Below the pieces are notes generated by a model, which was not told where the DNA came from, searched no databases, and saw only the letters and a list, made by a program, of their open reading frames with translations. The position numbers and the translations under genes were made by a program. A stretch of DNA of 64,000 nucleotides, from the NCBI GenBank assembly GCA_958296135.2, contig CATQHZ020000001.1:3520001-3584000 (forward strand), read 5' to 3'. Position 1 is the stretch's first letter. The number at the start of each line of letters is the position of its first letter. Positions 48,958-58,928 of the stretch are shown here, in pieces. This DNA is from an uncultured Poribacteria bacterium. GTDB lineage: Bacteria; Poribacteria; WGA-4E; WGA-3G.

Positions 48958-48963
48958 ACCTAC

Positions 48964-48991
48964 ATTATACCACATTTATTCGATTTTTCAA
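48964..48991 (-). promoter_or_regulatory. IS607 left-end promoter, probably leaderless tnpA transcript
   Basis: TTGAAA-16bp-(TG)TATAAT ending 7 nt before the tnpA ATG. Confidence 0.5.
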
Positions 48992-49114
48992 GTTAAAACG
49001 ACATTTATACCGATTTACTCGGATTTTCGGGGTCCAGCACTCAACTCACCGTAGTTCCGCAGGGAGCGTTGTTGTCTGACGCGTTCCTGGTGCTAATGGC
49101 TATTTTTGCGTGAT

Positions 49115-49684
49115 TCAGAACGTAATGAGCAGGAGTGGCACTGCGACTCCAGCCGCTGGCTCACTTGCCCACCGATTGAGCACGTTAGCAGCATGGCTGT
49201 TGCGCGCGCGGGAACTTGCGCCTACAAACCTCGGTTGGTTCAATCGAGGTAGACGCGCGATGGGGCCCTCTACTGGTTCTGCCTCTTCAGTCGGCGGCGG
49301 CGGTTCCCGTTCCTGAATCCGCGGCGCAGCACTGTCTACATCGCGAGTCCGCCACCAATCCCACACGCCGATGAACAGCGATAACGATGCGGCACCGATG
49401 CCGATTATCCGATAATCCCGCGGGGATAATTCCGGCGCGAATTGATTCTCGCGATACATTTTGATACAGCGCGTCACCAGGTAACTGTGAACGGCGGTAA
49501 ACGGAAGAGAACTTAACGTGATAATCTCAAACCGGCGCAGCGCGCTCTCGTGATAGTGCTCCTGTGGTGCCTGCTGCGGTTGTTGCCCTGGCGGCAGCTG
49601 CGGCGTTTGGGCTAACGCCCGCGGTCCGACTGACAAAATAAGAACTATACTGACGACGAATAGCTGCAAGTTAAATTTGAACAT
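49115..49684 (-). CDS. Hypothetical membrane protein
   Basis: GGAGG RBS; signal peptide; LRRFEII...SLPF motif and TM helices. Confidence 0.65.
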   Translation of the reverse strand: MFKFNLQLFVVSIVLILSVGPRALAQTPQLPPGQQPQQAPQEHYHESALRRFEIITLSSLPFTAVHSYLVTRCIKMYRENQFAPELSPRDYRIIGIGAASLSLFIGVWDWWRTRDVDSAAPRIQEREPPPPTEEAEPVEGPIARLPRLNQPRFVGASSRARNSHAANVLNRWASEPAAGVAVPLLLITF

Positions 49685-49701
49685 AGGTTCCTCCGCTCGC
49701 G

Positions 49702-50205
49702 CTAGAAATTCTCGTCGCGCCGATGCCGGTTGCGGAAGATGTAAAAAATCAGCATCCCCGCGCCGATACACACCGACACATCGGCAACATTAAAGGTTGG
49801 CCAAAATAGTCCCCGGCTTTCAATACCAAATTGGAGAAAATCGACGACTGTTCCTAAGTAAACCCTATCAATAAAGTTTCCCACCGCGCCGCCAAGCAGG
49901 AAGCCGAGAGAAATGCGCATCCATCGGCTGTGCTGGAAGTAGAGGTAATAGACAAAAATGAAGGCTAAGGCGACAAACGTAACGAGAATCAGAAAAGTCC
50001 GCTGTCCTGCTAACACACCGAAAGCCGCGCCGCTGTTCCTATCGTGCCGAAGGTTGAAGAAACCGGGAATGATAGGATAGCCGCTCCCGTACGGCATGTG
50101 CTGTCGGATAAGCCATTTGCTCACCCAATCCAATGCCAGCACCGGCAGTGCCACGCCGATTACCGGGAGCGCGGTTCTCCAGGTGAAGTTCTTAAGGATT
50201 TTCAT
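49702..50205 (-). CDS. lspA: Signal peptidase II
   Basis: DW.SK, N.GAAFG, GGAVGNFIDR, VVDF, PTFNVAD. Confidence 0.95.
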   Translation of the reverse strand: MKILKNFTWRTALPVIGVALPVLALDWVSKWLIRQHMPYGSGYPIIPGFFNLRHDRNSGAAFGVLAGQRTFLILVTFVALAFIFVYYLYFQHSRWMRISLGFLLGGAVGNFIDRVYLGTVVDFLQFGIESRGLFWPTFNVADVSVCIGAGMLIFYIFRNRHRRDENF

Positions 50206-52855
50206 GTTTGAGCGACTCCCATTCCATTTTCGCGTCGTATTGCGCAGGCTGTAGTTGAATCCAAGGTGTCAGGAAAATGCTACCCGGCGCATCGCTGGCC
50301 GTTGGCTTCGCGCTTTTGTGAGACGTGCCGATCCTCGGTGCACTACAAAGGTTGTAACCATATTCGGATAAAAAAGGCGTGAGCGGTGCCAAGCGTTGAA
50401 GTAGCGCGGTGGCTATTAGCGATAGAGTGCGGAGTGCAGCGGCACTCATTGTGACAGGACGTTTCCGCATTAATCGGAGATAAAGCCCGAGGTCTGCCTC
50501 GCAGAATTCGACGAGGATGCGCCAGATGTCAAGGAATTTCCCATTCTCGTAAACCTGCTGCACCTCTTGCAACCGCGTCCCGGTTATGGCGAGCGCGAGC
50601 GCGTCAATGCGGCGATGCTTGTTCTTCGGAAGAACGTCGGTTTGTCTGCGCGCTTCTCGGACTATTGAGAAGTCATATCCGCCGGCGGCTTTCAATACAA
50701 CGGCAACCTTTTCCAATAGAGTTTGCAGTTGCTGGTATTTGACTGAGTATTCTTCGGCGATTGTTTTCAATTGCGTCCGCTTCAGGCTCGGCGTTATCGC
50801 AACAAGCCGTCTAACATCCGGCAGGTAGTTGACGAAAAACGCCTCTTCAATCTCAAAATCTCTGATGCGCTTATCCCCGGTTGGTATCTCCCGCAGTGTC
50901 AGCTGCTTAAACGGTTGGCTCTCTTTAATCGGGCGGCTCCGGCTGAGTGCGGCGCAGAGGACGCTGATTTCTGCCAGCCACTCTGCAAATCCTGCCTGAG
51001 GCAAGAAGACGACGCTGACGGCCCCTCCCGGCGGTTTCTTGAAGTCGGAACTGTTAATCGTTTGCAATAGGTTCGCGAAGTGGCTATCGATGAGCGTCGC
51101 CTCTTTGCGGAACTCCTTTGAATTGCATTTCGGACAATAGGTATCGGTAGGTAAGAGTTCTTCAACGCTCAATCGGAACCAGAAATCAAACCCACGGCGG
51201 ATAGAATCGCGGATAGCGAGGAGCGTATTTCTATCCGCCAGCGGTTCATCGCATTCGTCACAGAACAGAATCGGCAGCGGCATCCCCCACTGGCGTTGCC
51301 CGGATACCTGCAGTGCTGATAAATTCGCGCTGGCTTTTCGGGCTACTTCCATCGCTGCATGCCCGACGGCACCGTAATTATCCCAGTATTCTTGCGCGTT
51401 GACGAGTTCTATCGTCGGCTGATTTTCGGCAACCGAGAACTTCCAGTGTGAGCTGGGCCGAAAAACGGCTAGCGTCTGACAGCGGTGACAGTGGATTTCG
51501 TGCAGTGCGTCTTGCGATTGGGAACGCGTTCCCGCCTCGCGCGCGCATTCTGGCGATTTCAGGAGATGTCCGAACCGTGCTAATTCCGGCACGATGAGTT
51601 TATCTGCCGCATACAGATTCAATCCGCACAAAGTACCGGCTTCTTCTGTGAACCGGCCCGTCTCATCGAAAACCGCGCTAGAACTTCTGCCTGACTTTCG
51701 CGCGATGTAGTAACTCAGCGGATTATGCGCCGGATTCAACGGGATAACGCCTGGAAACAGTTCGTCCTCAGAACAGAATGCGCCCGCGAAACCACCCTTC
51801 TCGAGCATTGCCACTGCGTCGGCGGATACCTCCGCCGACACGGCGAAAATTTTCAACGTTTTCGATGGAAAAAGCGGATGCGAGACTTCGCTTTGTGCCA
51901 ACTCATCACCAGAGATTTCCTCGATAATTTCCGGGGCCGCCCCCCCTTCCGGGAGAGATTGCAGGAAATTTTCCAACTGTTGTCTCGCAAAGAGAAGATA
52001 TTCGCCTTCAAACTGCGTGAGACAGTAGGTGGTATTTTTCGTGATACCGAGTTCTGTCGTGCCAGCTATTTCCCATAGGTGTGGCACTTGGACACAGAAG
52101 AAGACATCTACCCCATAAGACTCTAAGCCGGTGCTGAAAGGGAATTTCACATACGCGTACCGCATTTCTGTGGCTACCCATCCAAGCGTTGCTTCATCAA
52201 GAGGCGCGATGCACTTCGGGCACCAGGGACTGAGCTGCGCCCGGTCCTGCAGATATCGATACTCCCGCAGGCGACTGATAAGCGGAATCAGTTTTGCCTC
52301 TTGACGGAAATCCATGTTTTTCAGGCCTGTGTCCCAATCGGCAAAATTACCCAACTGGTGCAGCTTCTCCTGCTGTGCCTCTATCCGTTGCTTATGGAGG
52401 GAGCGGCACCGTTTTCGGAAGAGCGGCAGATTCACAGGGGCTTTGGTGGTAGCCTCCTTGGCAACTCCGTCCTCAATTTGCGCAGGGTATTTCTCCCACG
52501 CCGGTACGTAGATAACCTGATTGCCTTGCATCAGTTCCACTTTGAGAAAGATATCTTGATAAACCTTTCGACAAAGGGTGCTGAGCGTCAGCGCGCGGAC
52601 AGGTGTCGGCATCTCCCGAATAACGTAAGTTGTTGTCTGCGGTTCTTCGTCTTCGGGAGTTTCAACGTGGTGCGTCTGGGTGTGCGTGGGCCGGTTCAAC
52701 TGCACCTTGCCGCGCTCCACCGGATAAACATTGACGTTCGCCCAGTGGCGCAAAATCGCCTCTTCACGCGTCCGGCCAGTAGCCGGTGCCTTTTTCTTTC
52801 TGCGGCCATTCCCTGGCGCACTTTTTTTGGTAGCCGGTCTTCCTCTTTTCTTCAT
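50192..52855 (-). CDS. Degenerate isoleucyl-tRNA synthetase paralog
   Basis: IleRS scaffold (YVPAW, LG..ADW, WCPKC, YVKFP, FDETGRFT, CHRC, S.QRQWG.P.P, CPKC..EFRKE) but no HIGH or KMSKS. Confidence 0.8.
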   Translation of the reverse strand: MKKRGRPATKKSAPGNGRRKKKAPATGRTREEAILRHWANVNVYPVERGKVQLNRPTHTQTHHVETPEDEEPQTTTYVIREMPTPVRALTLSTLCRKVYQDIFLKVELMQGNQVIYVPAWEKYPAQIEDGVAKEATTKAPVNLPLFRKRCRSLHKQRIEAQQEKLHQLGNFADWDTGLKNMDFRQEAKLIPLISRLREYRYLQDRAQLSPWCPKCIAPLDEATLGWVATEMRYAYVKFPFSTGLESYGVDVFFCVQVPHLWEIAGTTELGITKNTTYCLTQFEGEYLLFARQQLENFLQSLPEGGAAPEIIEEISGDELAQSEVSHPLFPSKTLKIFAVSAEVSADAVAMLEKGGFAGAFCSEDELFPGVIPLNPAHNPLSYYIARKSGRSSSAVFDETGRFTEEAGTLCGLNLYAADKLIVPELARFGHLLKSPECAREAGTRSQSQDALHEIHCHRCQTLAVFRPSSHWKFSVAENQPTIELVNAQEYWDNYGAVGHAAMEVARKASANLSALQVSGQRQWGMPLPILFCDECDEPLADRNTLLAIRDSIRRGFDFWFRLSVEELLPTDTYCPKCNSKEFRKEATLIDSHFANLLQTINSSDFKKPPGGAVSVVFLPQAGFAEWLAEISVLCAALSRSRPIKESQPFKQLTLREIPTGDKRIRDFEIEEAFFVNYLPDVRRLVAITPSLKRTQLKTIAEEYSVKYQQLQTLLEKVAVVLKAAGGYDFSIVREARRQTDVLPKNKHRRIDALALAITGTRLQEVQQVYENGKFLDIWRILVEFCEADLGLYLRLMRKRPVTMSAAALRTLSLIATALLQRLAPLTPFLSEYGYNLCSAPRIGTSHKSAKPTASDAPGSIFLTPWIQLQPAQYDAKMEWESLKHENP

Positions 52856-53017
52856 ATTTTTTCTTGTTCAAAATGCGTTCGGCGGACATCACCGATGCAG
52901 AGACGGTTGTCTCACCAGGCCGACTACACAGTGGGCAGCCGACTTGCGAGACATCGCCGGACTTGATAGGCGTAACCGTGGGCAGTGCTACTCGCTTCTC
53001 CCCACGCGCAATTGGGA

Positions 53018-53284
53018 CTACGCACCCAGCATCTGCACCAGAACATGTAACAACATCAGCAGGATAAAGGGTGAAATATCAATGCCAAAATTCCTAGTTA
53101 CTGGTTCAATCATGCGGCGAATAGGGTTAAGCACCGGATCGACGAAGTTGCCCGTGCTCCAGTAAATTCGCCTGATGACTATATTCCGCGTGCCAAAAAC
53201 GAACCATGACAGAATGGCGTTGACGAAAACGACTATCATGTAAATCTCAAGCAGTTGCTTGAGAACACGTGCGACGCTGTCCAT
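53018..53284 (-). CDS. yggT: YggT family membrane protein
   Basis: ILSW...DP.L.PIRR.I.P....IDISP. Confidence 0.88.
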   Translation of the reverse strand: MDSVARVLKQLLEIYMIVVFVNAILSWFVFGTRNIVIRRIYWSTGNFVDPVLNPIRRMIEPVTRNFGIDISPFILLMLLHVLVQMLGA

Positions 53285-53319
53285 AAAAATGTGTTCCTCT
53301 CGCAATCGGGAGCGTGTTC

Positions 53320-54132
53320 CTATCTACTCCCTAACTCTGTCGCGCGTTCGGTTGCAGCAAGGATGGCTTCCGTTAGCGTTGCCCGTAAGCCGCCCAATTC
53401 AAGCGCGTGGAGGCCCGCCGCCGTCGTTCCACCCGGTGTCGTGACGCGATTTTTTAGCACGGCTGGGTGTTCCTCAGTCTGCGCTAACATCGTCGCTGTG
53501 CCTAACACGGTATGCGTTGCCAAGGTTTGCGCTGCCTGCCGCGGTAACCCAACGTGGACACCCGCATCTGCCAACGCCTCAACGAAAAGCGCGACGTAGG
53601 CCGGACCGCTTCCGCTGAGCCCGGTAACGGCGTTGAGATGATGTTCCTCCATCACCAACGTCGTGCCGCAGGCATTGAAAAACTTTGTGGCTATCTCAAT
53701 ATGCGTATCCGCTGCACGGCTCCCTTTTGTCAACACAGAGATGGCAGCCCCGGCAGCGGCGGCGATGTTCGGCATCACTCGCACGACAGGCGGCGGTGTC
53801 TCAAAATAGGCCTCAAGCGTTGCAGTGGACACGCCAGCGGCGATGCTCATGAGCCAGTGCTGCGGCGACAACACCTCTGCCACCTGTGGGATGACATACG
53901 GAACAGCACCCGGTGGCACCGCGCACAATATCGCGTCGGTATTCTGGGCAAGCGTGGCAATATTCGCCGCCGCGTTCACGCTTTTTTCAGCACGAAGTTG
54001 CGCGACAAGCTCCATGTCAATGTCCGTAACCCAGAGCTGACTGGCGGGCAGCGCGTTATCAGCAACGTTTTTGACGATAACGCCACCCATCTTTCCAACG
54101 CCTATCACACCGAGTCGGAAGTTTGCTGTCAT
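53320..54132 (-). CDS. proC: Pyrroline-5-carboxylate reductase
   Basis: IGVGKMG, SIAAG, RVMPN, TGLSGSGPAY, VTTPGGTT. Confidence 0.95.
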   Translation of the reverse strand: MTANFRLGVIGVGKMGGVIVKNVADNALPASQLWVTDIDMELVAQLRAEKSVNAAANIATLAQNTDAILCAVPPGAVPYVIPQVAEVLSPQHWLMSIAAGVSTATLEAYFETPPPVVRVMPNIAAAAGAAISVLTKGSRAADTHIEIATKFFNACGTTLVMEEHHLNAVTGLSGSGPAYVALFVEALADAGVHVGLPRQAAQTLATHTVLGTATMLAQTEEHPAVLKNRVTTPGGTTAAGLHALELGGLRATLTEAILAATERATELGSR

Positions 54133-54215
54133 GTTTAACTCCTATCGCGCTTGGGCACTCGCTCCTACCAGCGCGCTGCCAAAGCACGCCTTCCTCGGCT
54201 ACGCTGAAACCGCTC

Positions 54216-54938
54216 CTACGCTGGCGGCTCAAAAATGGCCCTGCCGATTCTGACGAGGTTCGCGCCTTCTTCAACAGCAATTTCAAAATCGTTTGTCATG
54301 CCCATTGATAGAAATCGCATCTCAATTCCCGGAAATTGCTGCACTATCACCTTCTCACCGAGCTCTCTGAGATAAGCGAAAGCGGGACGGTTCGCCGCCG
54401 GCGTAGCCGTTAATCTCCCCATTGTCATCAGCCCAAGGACGCGCACCCGTGGATACGCTAAAGACGTTTCCATGAAGTCCAGCACTGCATCCGGCTCTAT
54501 GCCGTATTTGCTGGCCTCGCCCGTTGTGTTCACCTGAACCAAAATCTCGGTATCCCGGCCGCGCGCTTCGGAGCAGCGTGCAATTTCGGCCAGAAGCCGC
54601 ATGCTATCCACGGAATGAATCAGCGAGAACATCTCCAATGCCGGTTTCACCTTATTTCGCTGCAAGTGGCCGATAAGATGCCAATTGCTTCCAGACAGGG
54701 ATTGCGAGGCACAGGTACTCGCGCTACGGTTAAGGCGACTGTATTTCTGTTGCGTCTCTTGCACTCGATTCTCGCCGATGAAAAGCACCCCGGCATCGAG
54801 GACTTCCTGAATCTCGGCTACGGAACGTCCCTTCGTGACAGCAACAACCCAGATAGAATTCTGTGAGCGGCCGCTCCGTTTGGCGGCAGCTGCAATGCGT
54901 TCATTCACGTTGGCGAGGTTTTCTGCAATCCGATTCAA
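54216..54938 (-). CDS. yggS: PLP homeostasis protein
   Basis: VAVTK, GENRVQE, WHLIGHLQRNK, IHSVDS, LSMGMTNDF, VRIGRAIF. Confidence 0.95.
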   Translation of the reverse strand: MNRIAENLANVNERIAAAAKRSGRSQNSIWVVAVTKGRSVAEIQEVLDAGVLFIGENRVQETQQKYSRLNRSASTCASQSLSGSNWHLIGHLQRNKVKPALEMFSLIHSVDSMRLLAEIARCSEARGRDTEILVQVNTTGEASKYGIEPDAVLDFMETSLAYPRVRVLGLMTMGRLTATPAANRPAFAYLRELGEKVIVQQFPGIEMRFLSMGMTNDFEIAVEEGANLVRIGRAIFEPPA

Positions 54939-54975
54939 TTGCCTTCTCCTATTCTAAGCACGCTGAGAAGAAACG

Positions 54976-55266
54976 TCACACTAACGGGTTTCGTTCTTCC
55001 TCGCTAGTGGATTGGGCATCTACATCCTTGTGGGTTTTGTTGCACAACAGAAGGCCGACAACGGCTACTAACACCGCGACACAGACGATACCGATGCCCA
55101 CTGTCACCGTGTGCGTTGCCTCCGTGTAAATCTGCGTGACTTGAACCGCGCTCGCGGATTCGGATAATGTGTCCCGATACTGTGCAGGATAGCCGCGCCC
55201 GAGAAGGATAACAATCAGGCCGACAATCCCGATACCGATAGATAACAGTGCAAATAGTAGACGCAT
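54976..55266 (-). CDS. Small 2-TM membrane protein
   Basis: GGAG RBS; two hydrophobic helices; promoter TTGACA-17-TATCAT at 55316-55344. Confidence 0.6.
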   Translation of the reverse strand: MRLLFALLSIGIGIVGLIVILLGRGYPAQYRDTLSESASAVQVTQIYTEATHTVTVGIGIVCVAVLVAVVGLLLCNKTHKDVDAQSTSEEERNPLV

Positions 55267-55386
55267 CTCCGACTTTCTCCGCTTTTCATTCAACCGTGCG
55301 AATTCCCTTACATTAATGATACCACATTTCACGGCGTTTGTCAAGTCCAATAGCAATTTTTCTGACAACGTCGTTAGCAGGTTTTC

Positions 55387-56142
55387 CTACATCCCCACCC
55401 TAAAGGATGAAGAAAGTTGGATAAAGGAGAGCATTCGTCCCGTCCGGCCCCCTTCAGCCCGATAGGAATAAAAGTGCTCCGTGCAACAAGCAGTGCAAAA
55501 CGGCGAGACTGAAATCGCCGCAGACGGCACACCTGACTCAACTAACTGGACAGCGTTTGCTGCCTGCAGCGCCAAGTTCGTGCCATCCTGCACAAACAGC
55601 CCGAAGTGCGCCGTAAACTGCGAGATTAAATCCGAACTAACGGTATAGCAACATTTTTGAATAGAGGGGCCTAAGTGGACAAGGCAATCTTCCGGGGCGG
55701 TGCCGAAGCGCGCACTCATTTCCTTAATGGCGTTGACAGCGATTTTTGCCAGTGTGCCTCGCCACCCTGCATGCACAATGCCGATAGCCGGTGTCGCGCT
55801 ATCTAAAATGAACACAGGAACGCAATCTGCCGTGAACACACCGAGGGCACAACCCGGTGTAGCAGAGATTATCGCATCCGCCGGTTCTCGAACCTCCCCA
55901 ACCGATTCCGCCTCAATGACTCGCGCACTATGAATTTGGCGGCAATAAACCAACTTCTGCACGCCGGTTGCCGCAAAGAAAATCTGTCTATTCGTTGCAA
56001 CCGCCTTGGGGCAGTCTCCCACATGCTCTGCGAGGTTCAGAGACGCGTAAGGTGCTTGACTCACGCCTCCATGCCTGATACTGATGGCGGCTCTGACTAG
56101 CCCGGTCGCCTCCAATTCCTGAATGGGGTGATAAACTTTCAT
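55387..56142 (-). CDS. pgeF: Peptidoglycan editing factor / purine nucleoside phosphorylase (YfiH)
   Basis: GGVS..PY.SLN, QIHS, TADCVP, HAGWRG, GPSI..CCY, FYSYR...GRM. Confidence 0.92.
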   Translation of the reverse strand: MKVYHPIQELEATGLVRAAISIRHGGVSQAPYASLNLAEHVGDCPKAVATNRQIFFAATGVQKLVYCRQIHSARVIEAESVGEVREPADAIISATPGCALGVFTADCVPVFILDSATPAIGIVHAGWRGTLAKIAVNAIKEMSARFGTAPEDCLVHLGPSIQKCCYTVSSDLISQFTAHFGLFVQDGTNLALQAANAVQLVESGVPSAAISVSPFCTACCTEHFYSYRAEGGRTGRMLSFIQLSSSFRVGM

Positions 56143-56472
56143 TTACGCCTTGTAATCTTCGCGCGGCGGACTGAAAATGTCCAGCGCGATGGCAGGTTCG
56201 TCAAACGCTCTCGCGCTGTGCTTCACATTGGAAGGAATAAGGTAAGCGTCTCCCGCCTTGATTTGCCGGGATTCGCCATCAATCGTGAGCTCAAACGTGC
56301 CCGCCAGCACCATGCCCATTTGTTCGTGCGGATGGCTATGTTCTGCCACAACACCGTGCGGTTGTAAGTTGACGAAAGACATCATCACCTTTTCGCCGTG
56401 AATCGTGCGAATGGTGGTTTTCCCATCAAAAATCGACTTTTCGGGCTGTTCATCGATGACAAAAAAGGGCAT
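56143..56472 (-). CDS. Cupin domain protein
   Basis: HSHPHEQ.G.V..G, IPSNV.H, DIFSPPREDY. Confidence 0.9.
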   Translation of the reverse strand: MPFFVIDEQPEKSIFDGKTTIRTIHGEKVMMSFVNLQPHGVVAEHSHPHEQMGMVLAGTFELTIDGESRQIKAGDAYLIPSNVKHSARAFDEPAIALDIFSPPREDYKA

Positions 56473-56561
56473 ACTGCGTTAATCCTATTTTTAGCACTTA
56501 TCCCGTAGGCGCGCTTTATAGGCGCGCCTCCCAACTACTATTCGATGCTACCCCTCTTATC

Positions 56562-57311
56562 CTACGGAAACGGAATATCCGACGAAGGCGGTTGCACGTA
56601 AAGAGCCCGCTTACAACTGGAGCAGTAAACGAGTTTCTGATACTTCTGCGCTTCCTTGAGCGTCTGTGGTTGGATAGAAATGCGACAACTACCGCAAATT
56701 CCTTTCATGCCGAGTGCAAGGAAGGGTGTCCGCTGTCGCTCCATCCACCGGTGATACTGCACGACGAGCTGCGCGTCGATTTGCGGGAGAAACGCCTTTC
56801 GTTTTTCCCGCTTCTCCGCGATGAGCGTTTCTAACTCTCGCTGTTTCGCTTGGAGCGCGGCTTTCTGTTCGGTGTTTCTTTCGTTTTCTTGCGCGGCTTC
56901 GGCTTCTATCTCCGTCAATGCCGCCTGGTGCCGGTCGATTTCGTCCATGAGCACCAGAATCTCGTCTTCTGTCTCGGCATCCTGCCGGTCAAGGAATTCG
57001 ATTTGGCGTTCAAGGGCACTATAGGCATCGTTCGATGTCGCTGTCCGCTGTTCCGCCTTATATTTCTCGCGTTGCACCGCGTTCATTTCTAGTGCGGCGT
57101 TCTTTGAACGTTGTGCTTTCTCGGCTTCGGCGAGCGTGGCGGAAGTAGCCGCGATGTCCTCCGTAGACTTCGCGACGCTAGCATCCAACTGTTCAATTTG
57201 GCGTGGGATGTCTTGTAACTGTCTGCGGATTGACAACAAGCCGCGGTCGTGCTCTTGCAGCTGGTAGAGGGTAGCAAGCTGCTGTCTCAAAGAAGCGTCT
57301 GTACTAGACAT
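56562..57311 (-). CDS. Coiled-coil protein with C4-type zinc ribbon (DUF164/CT398-like)
   Basis: L..LQ..D, long coiled coil, CGSC...CSSC.R.LY. Confidence 0.85.
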   Translation of the reverse strand: MSSTDASLRQQLATLYQLQEHDRGLLSIRRQLQDIPRQIEQLDASVAKSTEDIAATSATLAEAEKAQRSKNAALEMNAVQREKYKAEQRTATSNDAYSALERQIEFLDRQDAETEDEILVLMDEIDRHQAALTEIEAEAAQENERNTEQKAALQAKQRELETLIAEKREKRKAFLPQIDAQLVVQYHRWMERQRTPFLALGMKGICGSCRISIQPQTLKEAQKYQKLVYCSSCKRALYVQPPSSDIPFP

Positions 57312-57389
57312 GATGTTTCATACTCCTCCGTAGCATAACTCCTCCGTAGCATGGCTAAGACACAAGTCTTGCCTTACAATCTAAGGCAC

Positions 57390-58199
57390 CTATTCAACGA
57401 GGTATGCGAAGAAAATGCCAAGTTGATATAACACAAAAAGCGGCACAGCCATCAATAGCATTGAGCCCGGGTCCGCCGGGGTGAGCAATGCCGACATGAT
57501 ACAGATACCTAGCAACGCGTAACTCTGTTTCTCCCGAAACCCGCGTGCGTTGATAACGCCGATTCGGGAAAGGAACGCCATCACAATAGGCAACTCAAAA
57601 GCAATGCCGAACCCTAAAATGAGCCGAGTGACGAAGTTCACATATTTTTCCAGATCCCACAGATTCTGCAAATCTGGAAGCAGTTGTGCCGAGAAATGCA
57701 ACACAACGGGCGTTACGATGAAATAGGCGAACACCGCGCCCAAGACAAAAAACATTACGATGAGGAGGAAAAGCGGCACCGCGAACCGCCGTTCTGTCCT
57801 GTTCAACGCGGGGAAAATAAATGCCCATAGCTGATAGAGGATTATCGGCAACGATAACACAATGCCGGTCGTCACGCCTATCTTCAGGTAAGCCATGATG
57901 CCTTCAAGCGGGCCCACTTTGAAGAGCTCGGCGTTGACATGTGCTGTCCCGGCCCGCAAGGCGAGCGCGAGGAATCCTAGCGTCGACGTTTCCGTGCCAC
58001 CTATCCTCTCAATAGCGGTGGCAAGCAAATCGTTCATTGAAGTTTCCAGCGGAAACTTGATGACCTTTTCAATCGGTTTGCTAAAGGATAAACTCAGCAC
58101 CGTGAACACAGCGATTGCCACTGCTGACACGATAATTCGCCGGCGGAGCTCCTCAAGGTGCTCCCAAAAAGTCATTGCTACATCGTCACGGGTTTCCAT
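57390..58199 (-). CDS. tatC: Twin-arginine translocase TatC
   Basis: MTFWEHLEELRRR, YQLWAFIFPAL, FELP, LTPAD. Confidence 0.95.
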   Translation of the reverse strand: METRDDVAMTFWEHLEELRRRIIVSAVAIAVFTVLSLSFSKPIEKVIKFPLETSMNDLLATAIERIGGTETSTLGFLALALRAGTAHVNAELFKVGPLEGIMAYLKIGVTTGIVLSLPIILYQLWAFIFPALNRTERRFAVPLFLLIVMFFVLGAVFAYFIVTPVVLHFSAQLLPDLQNLWDLEKYVNFVTRLILGFGIAFELPIVMAFLSRIGVINARGFREKQSYALLGICIMSALLTPADPGSMLLMAVPLFVLYQLGIFFAYLVE

Positions 58200-58327
58200 A
58201 ATTTCTCTGTATGGACGCGAAGCGTTCAAGCTGCATCCCTTGGCGGGGCCCCTCAGCTGCGTTGCGGTTGCGTTGGCATCCTTTCGGACACGTATCTCCC
58301 CAGAGCACCATAGGACGGCCACACCTA

Positions 58328-58537
58328 TTATGCGTTGGACTTGGGCGTTTTGTCGCTTTTGTCTTTCTCGGTTTCGTTGACTGCCCGGTTCAATTCGTCT
58401 TGGATATCATTGCCCGCGCTCTTAAATTCCCGGATGGCTTTTCCGAGGGAACGCCCCATTTCCGGTAACTTCTTCGGGCCGAAAACGACAAGCGCGATGA
58501 CAAGGATAACAAGGATTTCCATTCCGCCGAGGCTCAT
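58328..58537 (-). CDS. tatA: Twin-arginine translocase TatA
   Basis: G..E..VI..IAL.VFGP.KLPE.GRSLGK.IREFK. Confidence 0.95.
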   Translation of the reverse strand: MSLGGMEILVILVIALVVFGPKKLPEMGRSLGKAIREFKSAGNDIQDELNRAVNETEKDKSDKTPKSNA

Positions 58538-58928
58538 TTCCTATTCCTCCTTTGGTGAGATATGGCAGATTGCCTGATATGAAGAGTCTATCACGAAATC
58601 GGTTTTATGCCAAATTAATTTACGGCTGTCGCGCTACAGGGATTCACTTGGGATGCAGCCGATGTGCTATACGGCACACAACGACTGTCCACTCCGGTCT
58701 CCAACCGAGCTACCTGTTGGACGAGCAACCAAGTGTTGAAAAATCTTTCATGCATGTGACGAATCCTTATGATAGGTAAGCGAAAAGAAAAGGTGGTCCT
58801 TCCCAATCGATAACGGGGTAGCCCCACGCGCCTCTTGACGTTTCCACTCCAGAGGCGTGACTTCATCTGTCCGCCGTGACTGATTGTGGCTCATCATGAT
58901 GTCCCCATAAAGCATTTTTGTCGCCATC

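Larger units (their letters stand above)
47208..49042 (-). mobile_element. IS607-family insertion sequence (tnpA serine recombinase + tnpB)
   Basis: Overlapping tnpA/tnpB; left end defined by a 32-bp match to 59703-59734; right end approximate (GG at 47208-47209). Confidence 0.85.

Noticed and set aside
52860-53015. T-box riboswitch upstream of the ileS-like gene
   Set aside because: No T-box GGTGGNACC consensus or terminator is visible
57322-57352. 15-bp direct repeat ACTCCTCCGTAGCAT
   Set aside because: A local duplication of the RBS region with no further support for function
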